From contig CM059431.1 in NCBI GenBank assembly GCA_030390025.1, positions 147,066,001-147,130,000 of the forward strand: a DNA stretch of 64,000 bases, in the 5' to 3' direction. The notes under the pieces were generated by a model. That model saw only the letters and a list, made by a program, of their open reading frames with translations. It was not told where the DNA came from and ran no database searches. Every line of letters starts with the position of its first letter. Position 1 is the first letter of the stretch. Position numbers and translations under genes: made by a program. This DNA comes from Squalus acanthias (taxonomy: Eukaryota). Positions 11,258 through 24,142 of this stretch are shown here, piece after piece.

Positions 11258-12691
11258 CTAACGTCTCTTGCGCTTTCTTGATTGCATCATCGTTGGTGGC
11301 TCTTGGACCTGCACTGATTCTGCGCTGGGAGCAGGTAAGGTTGGTTCTGAGGGAGTCACAGTAATTGCAGCAGAAATTATTTGCATGAGTCCAACAAGAG
11401 ACTCATTTATTTTCCTAAGCTCCACTCCCACATCGGGTTTCTGCAACAGTCCTTCAAGAGACTCATTTATATTCTTAAGCTCCATTCCCAGATTTTCAGC
11501 TATGATATGATCTTTCATTTCATTAAATGACATGCACAGACATTCCACTCCCTGCTTGACCGAGGTAAGACAATCAATTTCTTTCTCTGAAAGAGAAGAC
11601 ATCGATTGAGTCAAGCCTTCCAGATGGTGGATGTGACCCTGCATCTCCTGTTCTGCTGCATATATATCTGTGTCTCCCACAGCCACTGTAGTATCAGGCT
11701 GCTGTCTGTTTGGCACAGAGCCAGAGGGGCCAGGAGTTGGAGAGGAAGATTGAGAGGACCTCTCCTGCAACCCAGATTCCAGAATCTCCATGTTTAATTC
11801 AGCAAAAATGTCCTCCTGCTGCTCCTCCACCACCACCTCACTCGCATCTCCCACTGGCTCAACATGCCCTTCACCAATGACCTCTTCGGCTGCAGACTCA
11901 ACGCACTGCTCATCCCGTGACTGAGAAGTATGCTGCAAACCTATGTAAAGGAAACAGTAAAGATTAGCAAAGGTAAAGCATGATGTGCCACATCACAGAA
12001 GCTATTCAGCACACATCACCTGTGTCGAATCGTTCATTTCCAAAGGGACATCCGCTAAGATATCCAAAGATATGCTCGAGCCTTTCCTCATGTTCGGTTA
12101 AAGCCCTTAACGTGACAACACCACCGCCTGTTAGTGAACGTTCTCTGGCGTTGTGAGCAGTTTTACTCTAAAATTGAAAATGAAAATCTGAAATGTAAGG
12201 GTTTTTACACCAAAACTGCATTGGCACTCACACAGTTAACTCAGTAAGCAACTCAAAGCATTTCAATCAAGATGACATTAGCGTTTTATGAGACTTGCCT
12301 GGCTACAAAAGCCATAAAAATTTATGGGAGCATCTTGTGACTTCAGTTAACTCAGCTTAGCAAACAAACACTGTTTCAAGGCTTTTCATTTTAAATGTAA
12401 AGACATTTTAACATTGACTTTTGTTATAACTATACAAACCTTGAGCGTTCGATATAAATCGCTGAATTTTTTGCGACATTGCTCAGCTGTACGAGGAATG
12501 GTCGAGGTTGCGGTCACACTTTGAGCAACCTCTTTCCACGCTGCCATTTGGCCTTTTCGAGGCGGCTTGGACTTCTGAGTTCCAATTATCCGTGAACGTT
12601 TCGATTCTACCTCGTCAAGAATTGTACTGAGATCATCATCACTGAAATTCTGTGTTCTTTTGATAAATTGGATAGTGCTGATAGCAGCCAT
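11258..12691 (-). CDS. Harbinger Myb/SANT-like protein, 360 aa; exons 12691-12440, 12167-12020, 11940-11258
   Basis: Exon 1 NFSDDDL...AWKEVAQSV...RTAEQCRKKFSDL; exon 2 SKTAHNARERSLTGGG...LTEHEER; exon 3 acidic and coiled-coil-like with C-terminal SRKRKRR. GT/AG sites give one open frame (252+148+683 nt). Confidence 0.9.
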
Positions 12692-14319
12692 TTTCGTTTG
12701 CTGATTATAAACAGTAAAATCTATGAAAAAAATGATTTCTGGGCTTTTAAAACTATTTAAATTACTTTAATTCTCTTTGCAAATGTTTAACATTACTCAA
12801 ATTATACTAAAAATCTTTAAAAGTTTACAAAACCATGCATTTAAATCCAACTTACTGCAAATTCCACCTGGAACTGTGTCTTCAGCTGCTGGGACAATGC
12901 ATTCAATTCAGAAAAAAATCGGGGGCGTGGCCTATGGAAAAGAGACCTTAATGGGCGTGTCTTCACTCCACATCGCACGCGATGCAACGCGCACGCTGCG
13001 CTGCAGGGCAGTGTGAAGTCATACGCTGCCCTGCACTCAATCAGCGAGAAGATGAATTTCCTCCGTGGAAAAGACGAAACGGCAGACGCGGTATGTATTA
13101 CCGCGCCTGCTCCTTACACCCGCGGGTACAGAGCCAGATCAATTTCTGGCCCATTATCTTTGTGGTCCTGCTTTTTAATTTAGTCCCTAGCTGTTCAAAG
13201 TCTCTCCGCAGAACATCTTTCTTAGTCCTTCTTATATCGTTGGTACATACGTGGAACATGACAACTGGATCGTCCCCCTCCCACGCAAAGTGCTTCTCCA
13301 GCCCGGAGGAGATTTTCTTTACCCTGGCACCAGGTAGTCAAAATAGCCTTCGGGTCTCACGCTCCTGGCTGCAATGAACAGTTTCTATCCCCCTAAATAT
13401 ACTGTCGACAACAACAACCACCTTCATTTTTACTCCGCACCACTTGAACGGCTTCCTGTACCACGGTGCAGTGGCCATTTTGCGCGTCCTCCCTGCAGTC
13501 CACACACTGGTCCACAAGAGTTGCAAGAACCTTGAATCTATTGGACAAGAGCACGGACTGAGGATCCAGCAATACTACCTCCTGGATCCCATTACTTGCC
13601 TCACTCGCAGTCACACCCTCCTGTCCCTGACAACGTGTCAATTCTAAAGTATTTAGTCTAAGGGGTGTGGTTGCCTCCTGGAGCAAAAGTCCAGGTAACT
13701 TTCTCCCTCTCTGATGTCTCACAATGTCTACAGCTCTTACTCCATCTCCACAAATCGGAGACGAAGTTCCTCGAGCCGCAGACACTTACCACAGATGTAG
13801 TCGCCCTGGACTAAAATGTCCACAAGCTCCCATATATTGCAGCAGCAACACATCTCCTGTTCTCCTATTATTTTATTTATTTTATTCAATAGTTTAGAGG
13901 TAAACAAGGTATTTTCCTCGCTTAATTTATTAAATTAGTTAAATTAAGAATCGTTTTTAAAATTTAGTTATATGCTGTATGTTAACTAAAACGTCAACCC
14001 ACAGTTACAACCAATCACTTACCTACCTTACCTGTGACGTCACACTGCCGTGTTCTCTTGCAGTTGCAGGTCTGCTGCTGCTTTTACCCCTCTCTCGGGC
14101 CTCGGTCTGCTCCCGCTCAGGTCCGCCACCACACTGCGGGAGAAGTTCGGAAAAGCAAGGCAAAGCAGCACCTCCCTCCCCCACTTCACCGAACTCCCAC
14201 ACTTACCGAACTCACAATCTGTTCACTTTATGTCAAGGTGCACTCCGTGACAAACTGCACACGAATCTCGCTGTTTATACTACTCAGATTTATGAGTCAG
14301 TTCTCTGGCAGTTCTTAAA

Positions 14320-16428
14320 CTTACACTAGATGATACCGTGCTCCTCCACTACTAGTGACAACCTACACTTACACTCTAGTTGACCGTGCTCCTCCTATAC
14401 TATTTAGATTCTACATCTTCAGTAGAGATGACCGTCCTCATACAGTACTATTTATATCCTGTACCTACAGTAGAGATGACCGCGCTCCTCCTGTACTATT
14501 TACACTCCACACCTACATTAGAGATGACCGTGCTTCTCCTGTACTATTTATATCCCACACCTACAATAGAGATGATCGTGCTCCTCCTGTACTATTTATA
14601 CATACACCTACAGTAGAGATGACCGGGCTCCTACTGTACTATTTATATCCTCCACCTACAGTAGAGATGACCGTGCTCCTCCTGTACTATTTATAACCTA
14701 CACCTACAGTAGAGATGACCGTGCTCCTCCTGTGCTATTTATATCCTACACCTACAGTAGTGATGACCGTGCTCCTCCTGTGCTATTTATATCCTACACC
14801 TACAGTAGAGATGACCTTCCACCACAGGTACTATTTAAATCCTACAACTACAGTAGGGATGACCGTGCTCCTCCAGTACTATATATATTGATGATCTAGA
14901 CGAGGGAACTAGATGTAATATCTCCAAGTTTGCAGACGACACAAAGCTGGGTGCGCGTGTGTGCTGTCAGGAGGATGCAGATAAACTCCAGCATGATTTG
15001 TATAGGTTGGGTGTGAGGGCAGATGAATGGCGCATGCAGTATAATGTGGATAAATGTGAGGTTATCCACTTTGGTGGCAAAAACAGGAAGGCAGATTATT
15101 ATATGAACGGCAATATTTTGGGAGAAGGGGACGTGCAACGAAACCAGGGTGTCCTTGTGCACCAGTCGCTGAAGGTAAGCATGCAGGTCCAGGAGTCGGT
15201 TAAGAAGGCAAATGGTATTTATAACCTGGTATGTTGGCCTTCATAGCGAGAAGATTCAAGTACAGGAGCAAGGATGTCTTGCTGCAGTTGTACAGGGCCT
15301 TGGTGAGACCACACCTTGAGTATTGTGTGCAGTTTTGGTCGCCTTATCTGAGGAAGGATGTTCTTGCCATGGAGGGAGTGCAGCGAAAATTCACCAGACT
15401 GATACCTGGGATGGCTGGAATGACGTATGAAGAGAGATTGGGTCGATTAGGCTTATATTCGCTAGAGTTCAGAAGAATGAGAAGGATCTCATTGAAACTT
15501 ATAAAATTCTAACAGGACTAGACAGACTAGATGCAGGAAGTATGTTCCCGATGGCGGCGGAGTCCAGAGCTAGGGGTCACAGTCTGAGGATAAGGGGTAA
15601 AACTGAGATGAGGAGGAATTTCTTCACCCAGAGAGTGGTGAACCTATGGAATTCTCTACCACAGAAGGCAGTTGAGGCCAATTCATTAAATATATTCAAG
15701 AAAGAGTTAGATATATTTCTTAAGGCTAAAGGGATCAAGGGATATGGGGAGAAAGCAGGGACAGGGTACTGAATTTGGATGATCAGCCATGATCTCATTA
15801 AATGGCGAACAGGATCGAGGGGCAGAATGGCCTACTCCTGCTCCTATCTTCTATGTTTCTATGTAGAGATGACCGTGCTGCTACTGTACTATTTATACCC
15901 TACACCTACAGTAGTGATGACCGTGCTCCTCCTGTACTATTTATATCCTACACCTACAGTAGTGTTGACCGTGCTCCTACTGTACTATTTATATCCTACA
16001 CCTACAGTAGAAATTACCGCTCTCCTCCTGTACTATTTATATCCTACACCTACAGTAGAGATGACCGTGCTCCTCCTGTACTATTTATACCCTGAACCTA
16101 CAGTAGAGATGACCGTGCTCCTCCTGTACTCGTGATAGGCTATATTTACAAGAGAGGTGTGCGCACTCCTTCGGTACTAGTGGTTGGCTAAACATACAAT
16201 GGAGTAGAACATGCTCCTCCACCACTAGGGTTGCTTCTACACTTAAACTAGCTGTGTCAGTGCTACTGCGGTACGAGTATTACCCTACACTTACAGTGTA
16301 ATGAGCATGCTAATCCGCTACTATTGGTATCCTACACTTACAATAGAACTGACCGTTCTCCTCCAATATTAGTGGCAACCTATAATTACACTGTATTTAA
16401 ACATCCTCCTCTGGAACTAGAAGTACCA
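14320..16428. repeat. 48-bp minisatellite (CCTACACCTACAGTAGAGATGACCGTGCTCCTCCTGTACTATTTATAT), split by a CR1 insertion
   Basis: 48-nt period at 14410-14887 and 15863-16130; degenerate units continue to about 16428 and occur at about 4700-4790. Confidence 0.92.
14888..15862 (+). mobile_element. 5'-truncated CR1 LINE
   Basis: [30 protein letters not shown], 3' UTR ending TTCTATGTTTCTATG. Confidence 0.9.
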
Positions 16429-16855
16429 GTTGTGTCTGTTTTCCTTGGAATAGAGGAGGCTGAGGGGAGACCTTATTGAGGTGTATAAAATTATGAGGGG
16501 CACAGATAAAGTGGGTAGAAATCACCTATTTCCCTTAGCAGATGGTTCAAAACCAGGGGGCACAGAGTTAAAGTAATTGGTGGAAGGTTTAGAGGGGATT
16601 TGAGGGGACATTTCTTCACCCAGAGATTTGTGGGGGTCTGTAACTCACTGGCTGAAAGGGTGGTAGAGGCAGGAAAACTAACCACTTTTTAAAAAGTACT
16701 TGGATGTGGACTTGGGATGCTCTAACCTGCAGTGCTACGGACCAAGAGCTGGGAAGTGGGATTAGGCTGGATATTTCTTTGTTGGCCGGCGCGGAGAAGA
16801 TGGGCCGAAATGGCCTCCTTCCGTGCTGTAACTTTCTATGATTCTATGATTCTTT
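16429..16855 (+). mobile_element. Short CR1 3' fragment with 9-bp target-site duplication
   Basis: RT C-terminus plus (TTCTATGA)n tail; GAAGTACCA at 16420-16428 and 16856-16864. Confidence 0.85.
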
Positions 16856-16889
16856 GAAGTACCACTACACTTACACAGTGGTTCAGAGG

Positions 16890-18735
16890 CTAGACTCCGA
16901 TTTTCATATTATAAAAAGGAATTGGAGGCACTGAAATAGGTAAAGAAGATATTTAAAGGTTTTATGCCAGAAATGAGAGATTATACCTTACAGGAAAGAT
17001 TGAACAATCCACGGCTCTTTTCTCTGGACAAGAGAGTGCTGACGGGTGACATGATGGAAGTCTTTAAAATTATGAATGGGTTTGATAGGGTAAATGAAGA
17101 GAAGACATTCCCTTTTGTGAGGAGAATTAAACTAGGGGCATGAGTATAAGATTAGCACTAATACAGCCAACAGGGAGTCCAGGAGAAACGTATTCAACAA
17201 GAGACTGGTTAGAATGTGGAATTCGCTACTACAAAGATTCGTTGTGGCAAGTGACCTAGATACATTCAAGGGGAAGCTAGGTAAGTACATAAGAAAGAAA
17301 GGAACAGAAGGATATGCTGATAAATTTAGTTGAGTGAGGTGGGAGGAGGCTCGCGTGGAGCATAAACACCGACATTGACCAATTGGATCGTGTGGTCTGT
17401 TCCTGTGCTATATATTCGATATAAATCTATATAAACAATATCATAAACAATCTTTGGAACAGGCTCCCTAGAAAGACCATGGAAGCAGTTGGAAATAAAT
17501 AACTCAAATGAAAATTAGAGAGATTTCTTTCAGAATCTTATTATGAATTCTGTTTCCATCATCATGTAAGGCATTCCAGGTACTAACAGATCTCATCCTA
17601 AAATAAACATCTTTTAGTTTCTAAGTTATTTTTTGCTGGCGAGATTAAATTTTAGTTGCCGAATCACCCAGCTAGCCTTGTAAATTTTTCAACACGTCTT
17701 TCCGAATTTCACTTAACGTTCTTGGTTCACTTTGCCTTCTTTCTCCTCATAACTAAAACCTCTCATCCATGGTATGATGTTAGTGAATTTATTTTGACCG
17801 TCTCCATGGCCTTCACATCCTTCCCAATGTAGGGCGCCCAGAAATGCTCACTGCAGCTGAGGTTTTGCACTGCTGTGTAATTTTCCTACTTGTATTTCCA
17901 CGCACTGTGAGCTCAGAGACAGAACATTTCTCCTTAAATTTCAACCAACATTTTTACAGCAAATCTGACTATGTCCTATTTTATTTGCATAGAAGCGGAG
18001 GAACATGATTAGGTCATTCAGCAGCTCGAATCTGTTCCAATATTCAATCACATCATGGCTTATCTGTTTCTTAAATCCACTTAGACGCCTTTAATCCATG
18101 TCCGCTGATATCCTTACCTAAATAAATTTATTTCTATTTAATTCTTCAGAATGTATATTGTCCAGCATCCAAAGCCTTTTGAAGAGGCGAGTTCCAGATT
18201 TCCAATAACCTTTGTGTGAAATAGTGCTTACGGATCTCATTCCTAAATGGCCCAGCTCTAATTTAAAGATGATGCCCTTTTATTCTGCATTTCCCCATTA
18301 GTGGAAATAATTTGTCTGTACCTACCTTATGGACTTCCTTTATGAATTTAAATATTTCGATATGATCAACCCTCAACCGTTTAAACTTCAGGAAATACAA
18401 ACCAGAATTATGCAACCTGTCCTCATATTTAACTCTGCAAACACTGGTATAATTCTAGTAAATATGCACTGTATCTGCTATAAGGTTAATTTATATTTCC
18501 TGAATTCGGTTCCCAAATCTGAAAGTAATGCTCGAGATGGAGTCTGACTAAGGTTATGTATAACGGAAGCATCGAGTCCTCATTTTTGAATTCAAACGCT
18601 TTGAGAAAATGGACAGCATTCCATTGGCTGTTTTGATAAATTTTGTAACTGTGCACTGGCTTTTACTGATTTGTGTACACGGAGACTCAAATCCATTTTC
18701 TCCTCCACATCAACGCCTCTGTCACCATTAATATT
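16890..18735. mobile_element. Old, degraded CR1 fragments in both orientations
   Basis: Recognisable RT C-terminal and 3' UTR stretches (plus about 16890-17435; minus about 18000-18735). Confidence 0.6.
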
Positions 18736-19029
18736 ACGTCAGTGAATATTTTGTCTGAGAACTGACCGGTCCTGTTAAGTTTAACAAATGTTGCACCAGA
18801 TTCCTGTTGTAAGAAGCAATGAACATTTTAAACCAGACTCCTGTGTGTGAAATGAGATGTGGTTCACAGTTCATCAGAGAAAAATATTGAAGTATCGACT
18901 CTTGGTTAATCAGCATTTCTTTCATTCTGCAAAAGAAGGTCATCAGTAATTAATGGTGATTAAAACAATTCTTATTTCACATTAAATATTGGAAGTCATT
19001 TAATTAAAAGCTGCTTTTTCACCTCTTAA

Positions 19030-19101
19030 TTCCCTGACCGGGAATCAAACGCAGACCACGGCGTTGAAAGCATCGAATCCTAACCACTAAAACACCAGGG
19101 A
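19030..19101 (-). tRNA. tRNA-Glu(TTC), decayed, probable pseudogene
   Basis: TCCCTGGTGTTTTAGTGGTTAGGATTCGATGCTTTCAACGCCGTGGTCTGCGTTTGATTCCCGGTCAGGGAA resembles vertebrate tRNA-Glu; B box and stems are mutated. Confidence 0.8.
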
Positions 19102-19569
19102 AAACAGAGTCAAACCATTGCTATAATGTTAAACATAATTGGGAACTCTCCATGTTGGATACCGATTTAGTTTTGACTTGTTTTACATGTAAATGTATTT
19201 CATGACGCTGCTGCGTACAAATGTATTTACATGTATCTGTAAAATTTATTCATTTTTTGTGGGTCATCTGTCTTCATTCCAAATGTTTTATGTAATATTT
19301 ATTTCTCAATATGGTACTTTTAAATTACACACAAATACATGTATACATAATACAGACACACACAAATACAATGATAAATAACACACAAATATATTTATAA
19401 CTGGGACACAAATACACCCAACTGTATTTAGAAGTATCACAGATGCAATTATTTATATTTATATTTTTATGTATTGTGTGTCATATTATAATAATAAACT
19501 ATGAATTGACACACATATAAAGCTTCGCACTCATCACATAAACACGAACTTTATAGATAAATATCACAC

Positions 19570-20442
19570 CCACACAGGATGCTTCTTAAGAAGATGGAAG
19601 CCCATGGAATTAAGGGAAAAGTGATGGTATGGATACGGAATTGGCTCAGTGACAGGAAGCAAAGGGTGTTGTTGGACGGATGTTTATCAGACGCGGAGGT
19701 GGTTTGCTGTGGTGTTCCTAAGGTCAGTTTTGAATTCATTACTCTTTGCAATTTTTATAAACGATCTAGACTCGGATGTAGGGAGCAGCATTCTACAGTT
19801 TGCAGATGATACGAAACTTGGCAACATTAGAGATAGAGATGAGGATAGTTGTAGATTTCAGGATGACATAGGCAGGATGGTGAAACGGGCCGAAGCATGG
19901 CAGTTGGAGTACAATGTGTGAAGTGATGGACTTTCGTAGGACTAATAGGGAAAGAGAGTGTACTTTAAATGGTCCGATTTTTAAAAATGCAGATGAGCAG
20001 AGAGGCCTTGGTGTCATATACACAAATCTTTAATGGTGGCAGGGCAAGTTGATAATGTGGTTAATCAAGCATATGGGTTACTTGAATACATAATGATAGC
20101 TTTAAAGTAGATAGAGGAAAAATTATTCCCTCGGGCGAGTGGGTCAATAACTTGAGGTCTTAGATTTAAAATCATTTGCCAAAGATCGAGAGGGAGATGA
20201 GAAGATTTCTTTTCACTCAGAGAGTTGTCGAGATCTGGAACGCTCTACCTCACAAAGTGGTGGACACTGATTGCATCAATAATTTTAAAGGGAGTTTCAC
20301 AGGTACTTGAGGATGAGGAACTTACAGGGTTAGGGTCAAAAAGCAGGGCTGTGGGACTGAGCACGGCTGCTCTTTCTAAACCAGCACAGACACGACGGGC
20401 CGAATGTCCTCCTCCTGTGCTGTGAGTTTCTATGATTCTATG
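19570..20442 (+). mobile_element. CR1 LINE 3' part, degraded
   Basis: HGIKGK..WIRNWLSDRKQRV, FADDTKLG, TTCTATGATTCTATG tail. Confidence 0.8.
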
Positions 20443-20662
20443 AACACACCCACAGTTTATATTTTCACACGGCCTTGTTTGTATTTCTAACTAATGTCTG
20501 GACGCCAAAAGGTTCATTGTTTTTCAGAAGCTGCTCGACCTGTTTTGTATTTTGAGCAGTTCCCTAGTTTATTTTCCTGTCATATGCTCATTCTGGGTAA
20601 GAATTAAACGGTGTTTGAGAAACATTGATATATATAACCATTCCTGCGCTGTTGCAAACGTT

Positions 20663-20734
20663 GACCTCGTGGCGCAACGACAGTGCGTCTTATTCCCGAT
20701 CAGAAGGCTGCGAGTTCAAATCACGTCAGGGTCA
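20663..20734 (+). tRNA. tRNA-Trp-derived pseudogene (anticodon CCA changed to CCC)
   Basis: GACCTCGTGGCGCAACGACAGTGCGTCTTATTCCCGATCAGAAGGCTGCGAGTTCAAATCACGTCAGGGTCA. Confidence 0.8.
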
Positions 20735-21129
20735 AAGCTCTTTCTAGCGTTGATCAGAGTATTGATCATTGCAGAAACAGAACCTTGCTATAAAATCTGT
20801 CTCACTAGTTCCCCAGTGTCAGGGAGAGAAGCGTCAGATGCCCTCATTAATGTAACAAACAGACACAAACACACCTGTTCAGTAAAGTGCTCCACACAGC
20901 TTGATAAACCCTGGGCCCCTCCCCACTTGTAGGGGGTCTCCCAATGCGCTTCATAGAGGCCAATCCAAAGAAGGATTCATTAAGATGTGTGACCAAAAGA
21001 CTCCTCAAAGCTTATGGTTATAAGAGGGTCTTAAACGAGGAGATGAGAGGGTTTGGGAAGGAAATTCCCGGCAGCGAGGCGCAGACTATTTGTAGTGTGA
21101 AGAGAAAGGGGGATGAACAAGAGGCCGGA

Positions 21130-22825
21130 GTCATTGAATCATATAATCTTACAACACAGAATGAGGCCGTTCGGCCCGTCCTGCCTGTGCCAGCTCTTTG
21201 AAAGAACTGTCCAATTTAGTCCCACACCCAAGCATTTAGACCATAACCCTGCTAATTAGTTCTCTTCAAGTACATGTACAATTGCCGTTTGAATGTTTCT
21301 ATGGAATCTGATTCCATCATCCTTTCAGGTAATGTGTTACTGATCTTAACAACCCTCTGTGTGAAAAGAGCTCTCCTAAAGCCGCCTCGAGTTCTTTAGC
21401 CAATTATTTATAATCTATGACCTCTGGTTTTCGATCCACTCGGCAAGAAAACAATTTCTCCCTACTTGCTCTATCAAAAGACCTCATAATTTTCAATATC
21501 CCTTTTAGGTCTCCCCTAAACCTTCTCTGCTCTCGGGAAAACAATGCCAGGGTTAGTTTTCTGATGGAATAATAGAATTATAGAAAGTTACAGCAAGGAA
21601 GGAGGCCATTTCGGCCCATCATGTCCACGCCTGCCAACAAAGAGCTATCCAGCCTTATCCCACTTCCCAGCTCTTGGTCCGTAGCCCTGCAGTTTAGAGC
21701 ATCCGAAGTAACACATCAAGTACTTTTTAAATGTGGTTATGGTTCCTGCCTCTGAAATCCTTTCAGGCAGTGAGATCCAGAACCCCCCCCCCCCCCCCCC
21801 ACAACCCTCTGGCTGAAGAAATGTCATCTCAAATCCCCTCTAAACTTTCCACCAATTACTTTAAATCTGTGCCTCCTGGTTCTGACCCTTCTGCTAAGGG
21901 ACATAGGTACTTTCTATCCACTTTATCTTTGCCCCTCATAATTTAAATACACCTCAATAAGGTCTCCCCTCAACCTCCTCTGTTCCAAGGAAAACAAACC
22001 CAGCCTATCCAGTCTTTCCTCATAGCTAAGATTCTCTACTCCGGGCAACATCCTTGTAAATCTCCTCTGTACCCTCTCTAGTGCAATCACAACATTCCTG
22101 TAATGTGGTGAAATGAACTGCACGCAGTACTCTAGCTGAGGCCTAACTAGTGTTTTGTACAGTTGAAGCATAATCCCCCCTGCTCCTGTATTCTATGACA
22201 TGACTAATAAAGGCACGCATTTCGTATGCCTTCCTAACCACCTTATCAACCTGGCCTGCTACCTTCACGGATCTGTGGACTTGCATTCCAAGGTACCTTT
22301 GTTCCTCTACACTACTCAGTGTCCTACCATTTAATGTGTATTCCCTTTCCTTGTTAGCCCTCCACAAATGCATTACCTCACAATTCTCCGGATTGAATTC
22401 CATTTACCACTATTCTGCTCACCTGACCAATTTATTGATATCGTCCTGCAGTTTACAGCTCCCTTCTTCAGTATCAACCACATAGCCAATTTTAGTATCA
22501 TCTGCAAACTTCTTAATCCTACCCCCTATATTCAAGTCTAGATCATTGATATATACCACAAAAAACAAGGGTCAAGTACTGAGCCCTGCAGAACCCCACT
22601 GGAACAGCCTTCCATTCACAAGAACACCCATCAACCATTACCATCTGTTATCTGTCTCCGAGCCAGTTTTGAATCCAACTTGGCACTTTGACCTGGATCC
22701 CATGGGCTATTAACTTCGTGACCAGTCTGCCATGTGGAACCTTATCAAAAGCCTTGCTAAATATCCATATACACTCCATCAAACGCATTACCCGCATCTG
22801 CCTCCTTGTTACCTCCTCAAAAATA
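21130..22825 (-). mobile_element. Two CR1 3' fragments in tandem (about 21130-21545 and 21570-22825)
   Basis: LYKTLVRPQLEYCVQF, MEFNPENCEVMH, two 3' UTR tails. Confidence 0.85.
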
Positions 22826-24068
22826 GGAACAACATGTCGAAGATGCAGTTCCAGCTAATTCCATAAAATGCAATTGCACGGAGGAGTGAAAAGACCGGCA
22901 TGTCTGGAGTGGGATTCATACCCACACTCCCAGAGGAGACTGCGACCTGAACGCAGCACCATAGACTGCTCGGCCACCTGTGCTCAAGGAGAAATCTTTC
23001 AATAGGCCTGAATTACCCCGGAGAAGGCCCAGAGAAAGTTCCACTCATTCTGGTCCCCCGTAAATGCTGCTGGAAGGCTCAGTGACCATAAACAACATCA
23101 CTTCTGTCCCACACTAAAAACCCTCAATCCTTCACCTCCATTGCATTTTACAGACATTTCACTGATCGAAACCACACTCGTCACAAAGGAAATTGATTGT
23201 TAAGTGATTAATGTTCTGAAGGAGCTCCCTAATTGTCCCTCCCCAATCTCCTGAATCAGATAATTCTCGCCGGGTTCCTTTGAATTGAATCATAGAATTA
23301 TTTAATTATACAGCATAGAACAAAGTCATTCGGCCCCTCGTGCCTGTGCCGGCTTTTTGGTCGAGCTATCCAATTAATCTCAGTCCCCTGCTATTTACTC
23401 ATAGCCCTGTAAATGTTTCCCTTCAAGTACTTATCCAGTTCTCCTTTTAAAGTTACTGCTGAATCTGCTTCCGTCGCCCTGCCAGGCATTGTATTCCAGA
23501 GCACAAGAACTCGTTGTGTAAAAAAAAAGTTCCCTCTCGTTCTTCTTCGACCTGGACCGGCTGCTATTGGTCCCCAGGACGTGGCCATTCTAATTCTGTG
23601 ACTGCAGCCAGTTTTGTTCGGACAGAGTTTTGACTGGAACGTCACACCTGCTTCGCTAAGGGCAATGAAGCAGGGGAGGTTGAAATCTTTACAAAAATTT
23701 GAGGCCCCTCAGAAATGTTTGTGTATCTGAATCCCTAACACGTCCTGTTCCTTTTAAACGTTTTACCATTTATTGTACATTACTTGCACGGAAAAATTCA
23801 GGGGAGTGGGATTAATGGGATAGCTCTGTCAAAGAGCCTGCACAGGCACGATGGGCCGAATGACCTAATTCACTGCTGTATCATTCTATCATTCTATGAT
23901 AACGCGTCACCTACAATGTTGTATCTGACACTTACAGTGAAGTGGAGGCCAGTTTTCACTCTTAAACCAGTAATTATATTACTCGCATTTTCAGCGAAGC
24001 GACACTGCTGCAGGAATTCAGAGCTGGGGGTCGCCGTGAAATCAACAATGAAAGGTTGAAAAAATATT

Positions 24069-24142
24069 CACCCAACGGGGAGCTCGAACGAACGACTCCT
24101 GAAATTAAGAGTCTGATGCTCTTCCGACTGAACTCGCCGGGT
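24069..24142 (-). tRNA. tRNA-Lys(CTT), decayed, probable pseudogene
   Basis: ACCCGGCGAGTTCAGTCGGAAGAGCATCAGACTCTTAATTTCAGGAGTCGTTCGTTCGAGCTCCCCGTTGGGTG. Confidence 0.78.

Larger units (their letters stand above)
8733..13152 (+). mobile_element. Autonomous PIF/Harbinger DNA transposon, 4420 bp
   Basis: Imperfect TIRs GGCCCAAAAATGCATC / GGGCCAGAAATTGATC (12/16). ATT duplicated at 8730-8732 and 13153-13155; the empty site restores CR1 ORF1 (CCAGAGATTATTATCTTTG). Two convergent intact genes. Confidence 0.92.
4787..14200 (-). mobile_element. Near-full-length decayed CR1 LINE (ORF1 zinc-finger/SGNH esterase, ORF2 APE-RT), interrupted by two Harbinger-family insertions
   Basis: 3' (TTTCTATG)n tail at 4787-4805. 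RT motifs [27 protein letters not shown] region about 7200-8300. ORF1 pieces NAWLKYWC...HWHQYWGKRELFRWDG (8500-8730) and VVVVDSIFRG (about 13400). Frameshifts and an internal deletion near 5645. 5' end approximate. Confidence 0.85.

Noticed and set aside
14355..16135. ORFs with repeated PTPTVEMTVLLLYYLY / SRDDRAPPVLFIS; arrays superficially CRISPR-like
   Set aside because: These are translations of a 48-bp minisatellite; units are contiguous with no unique spacers, there are no cas genes, and the DNA is eukaryotic.
18734..18943. Similar short ORFs MTFFCRMKEM.. here and at 54367-54858
   Set aside because: Explained by segmental duplication; the other copies (46340-46560, 47310-47460) appear too diverged to preserve it and no domain is recognisable.
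20663..20734. Functional anticodon-switched tRNA (Trp body reading Gly codons)
   Set aside because: The D-loop GG and the anticodon stem are also mutated, which fits neutral decay.
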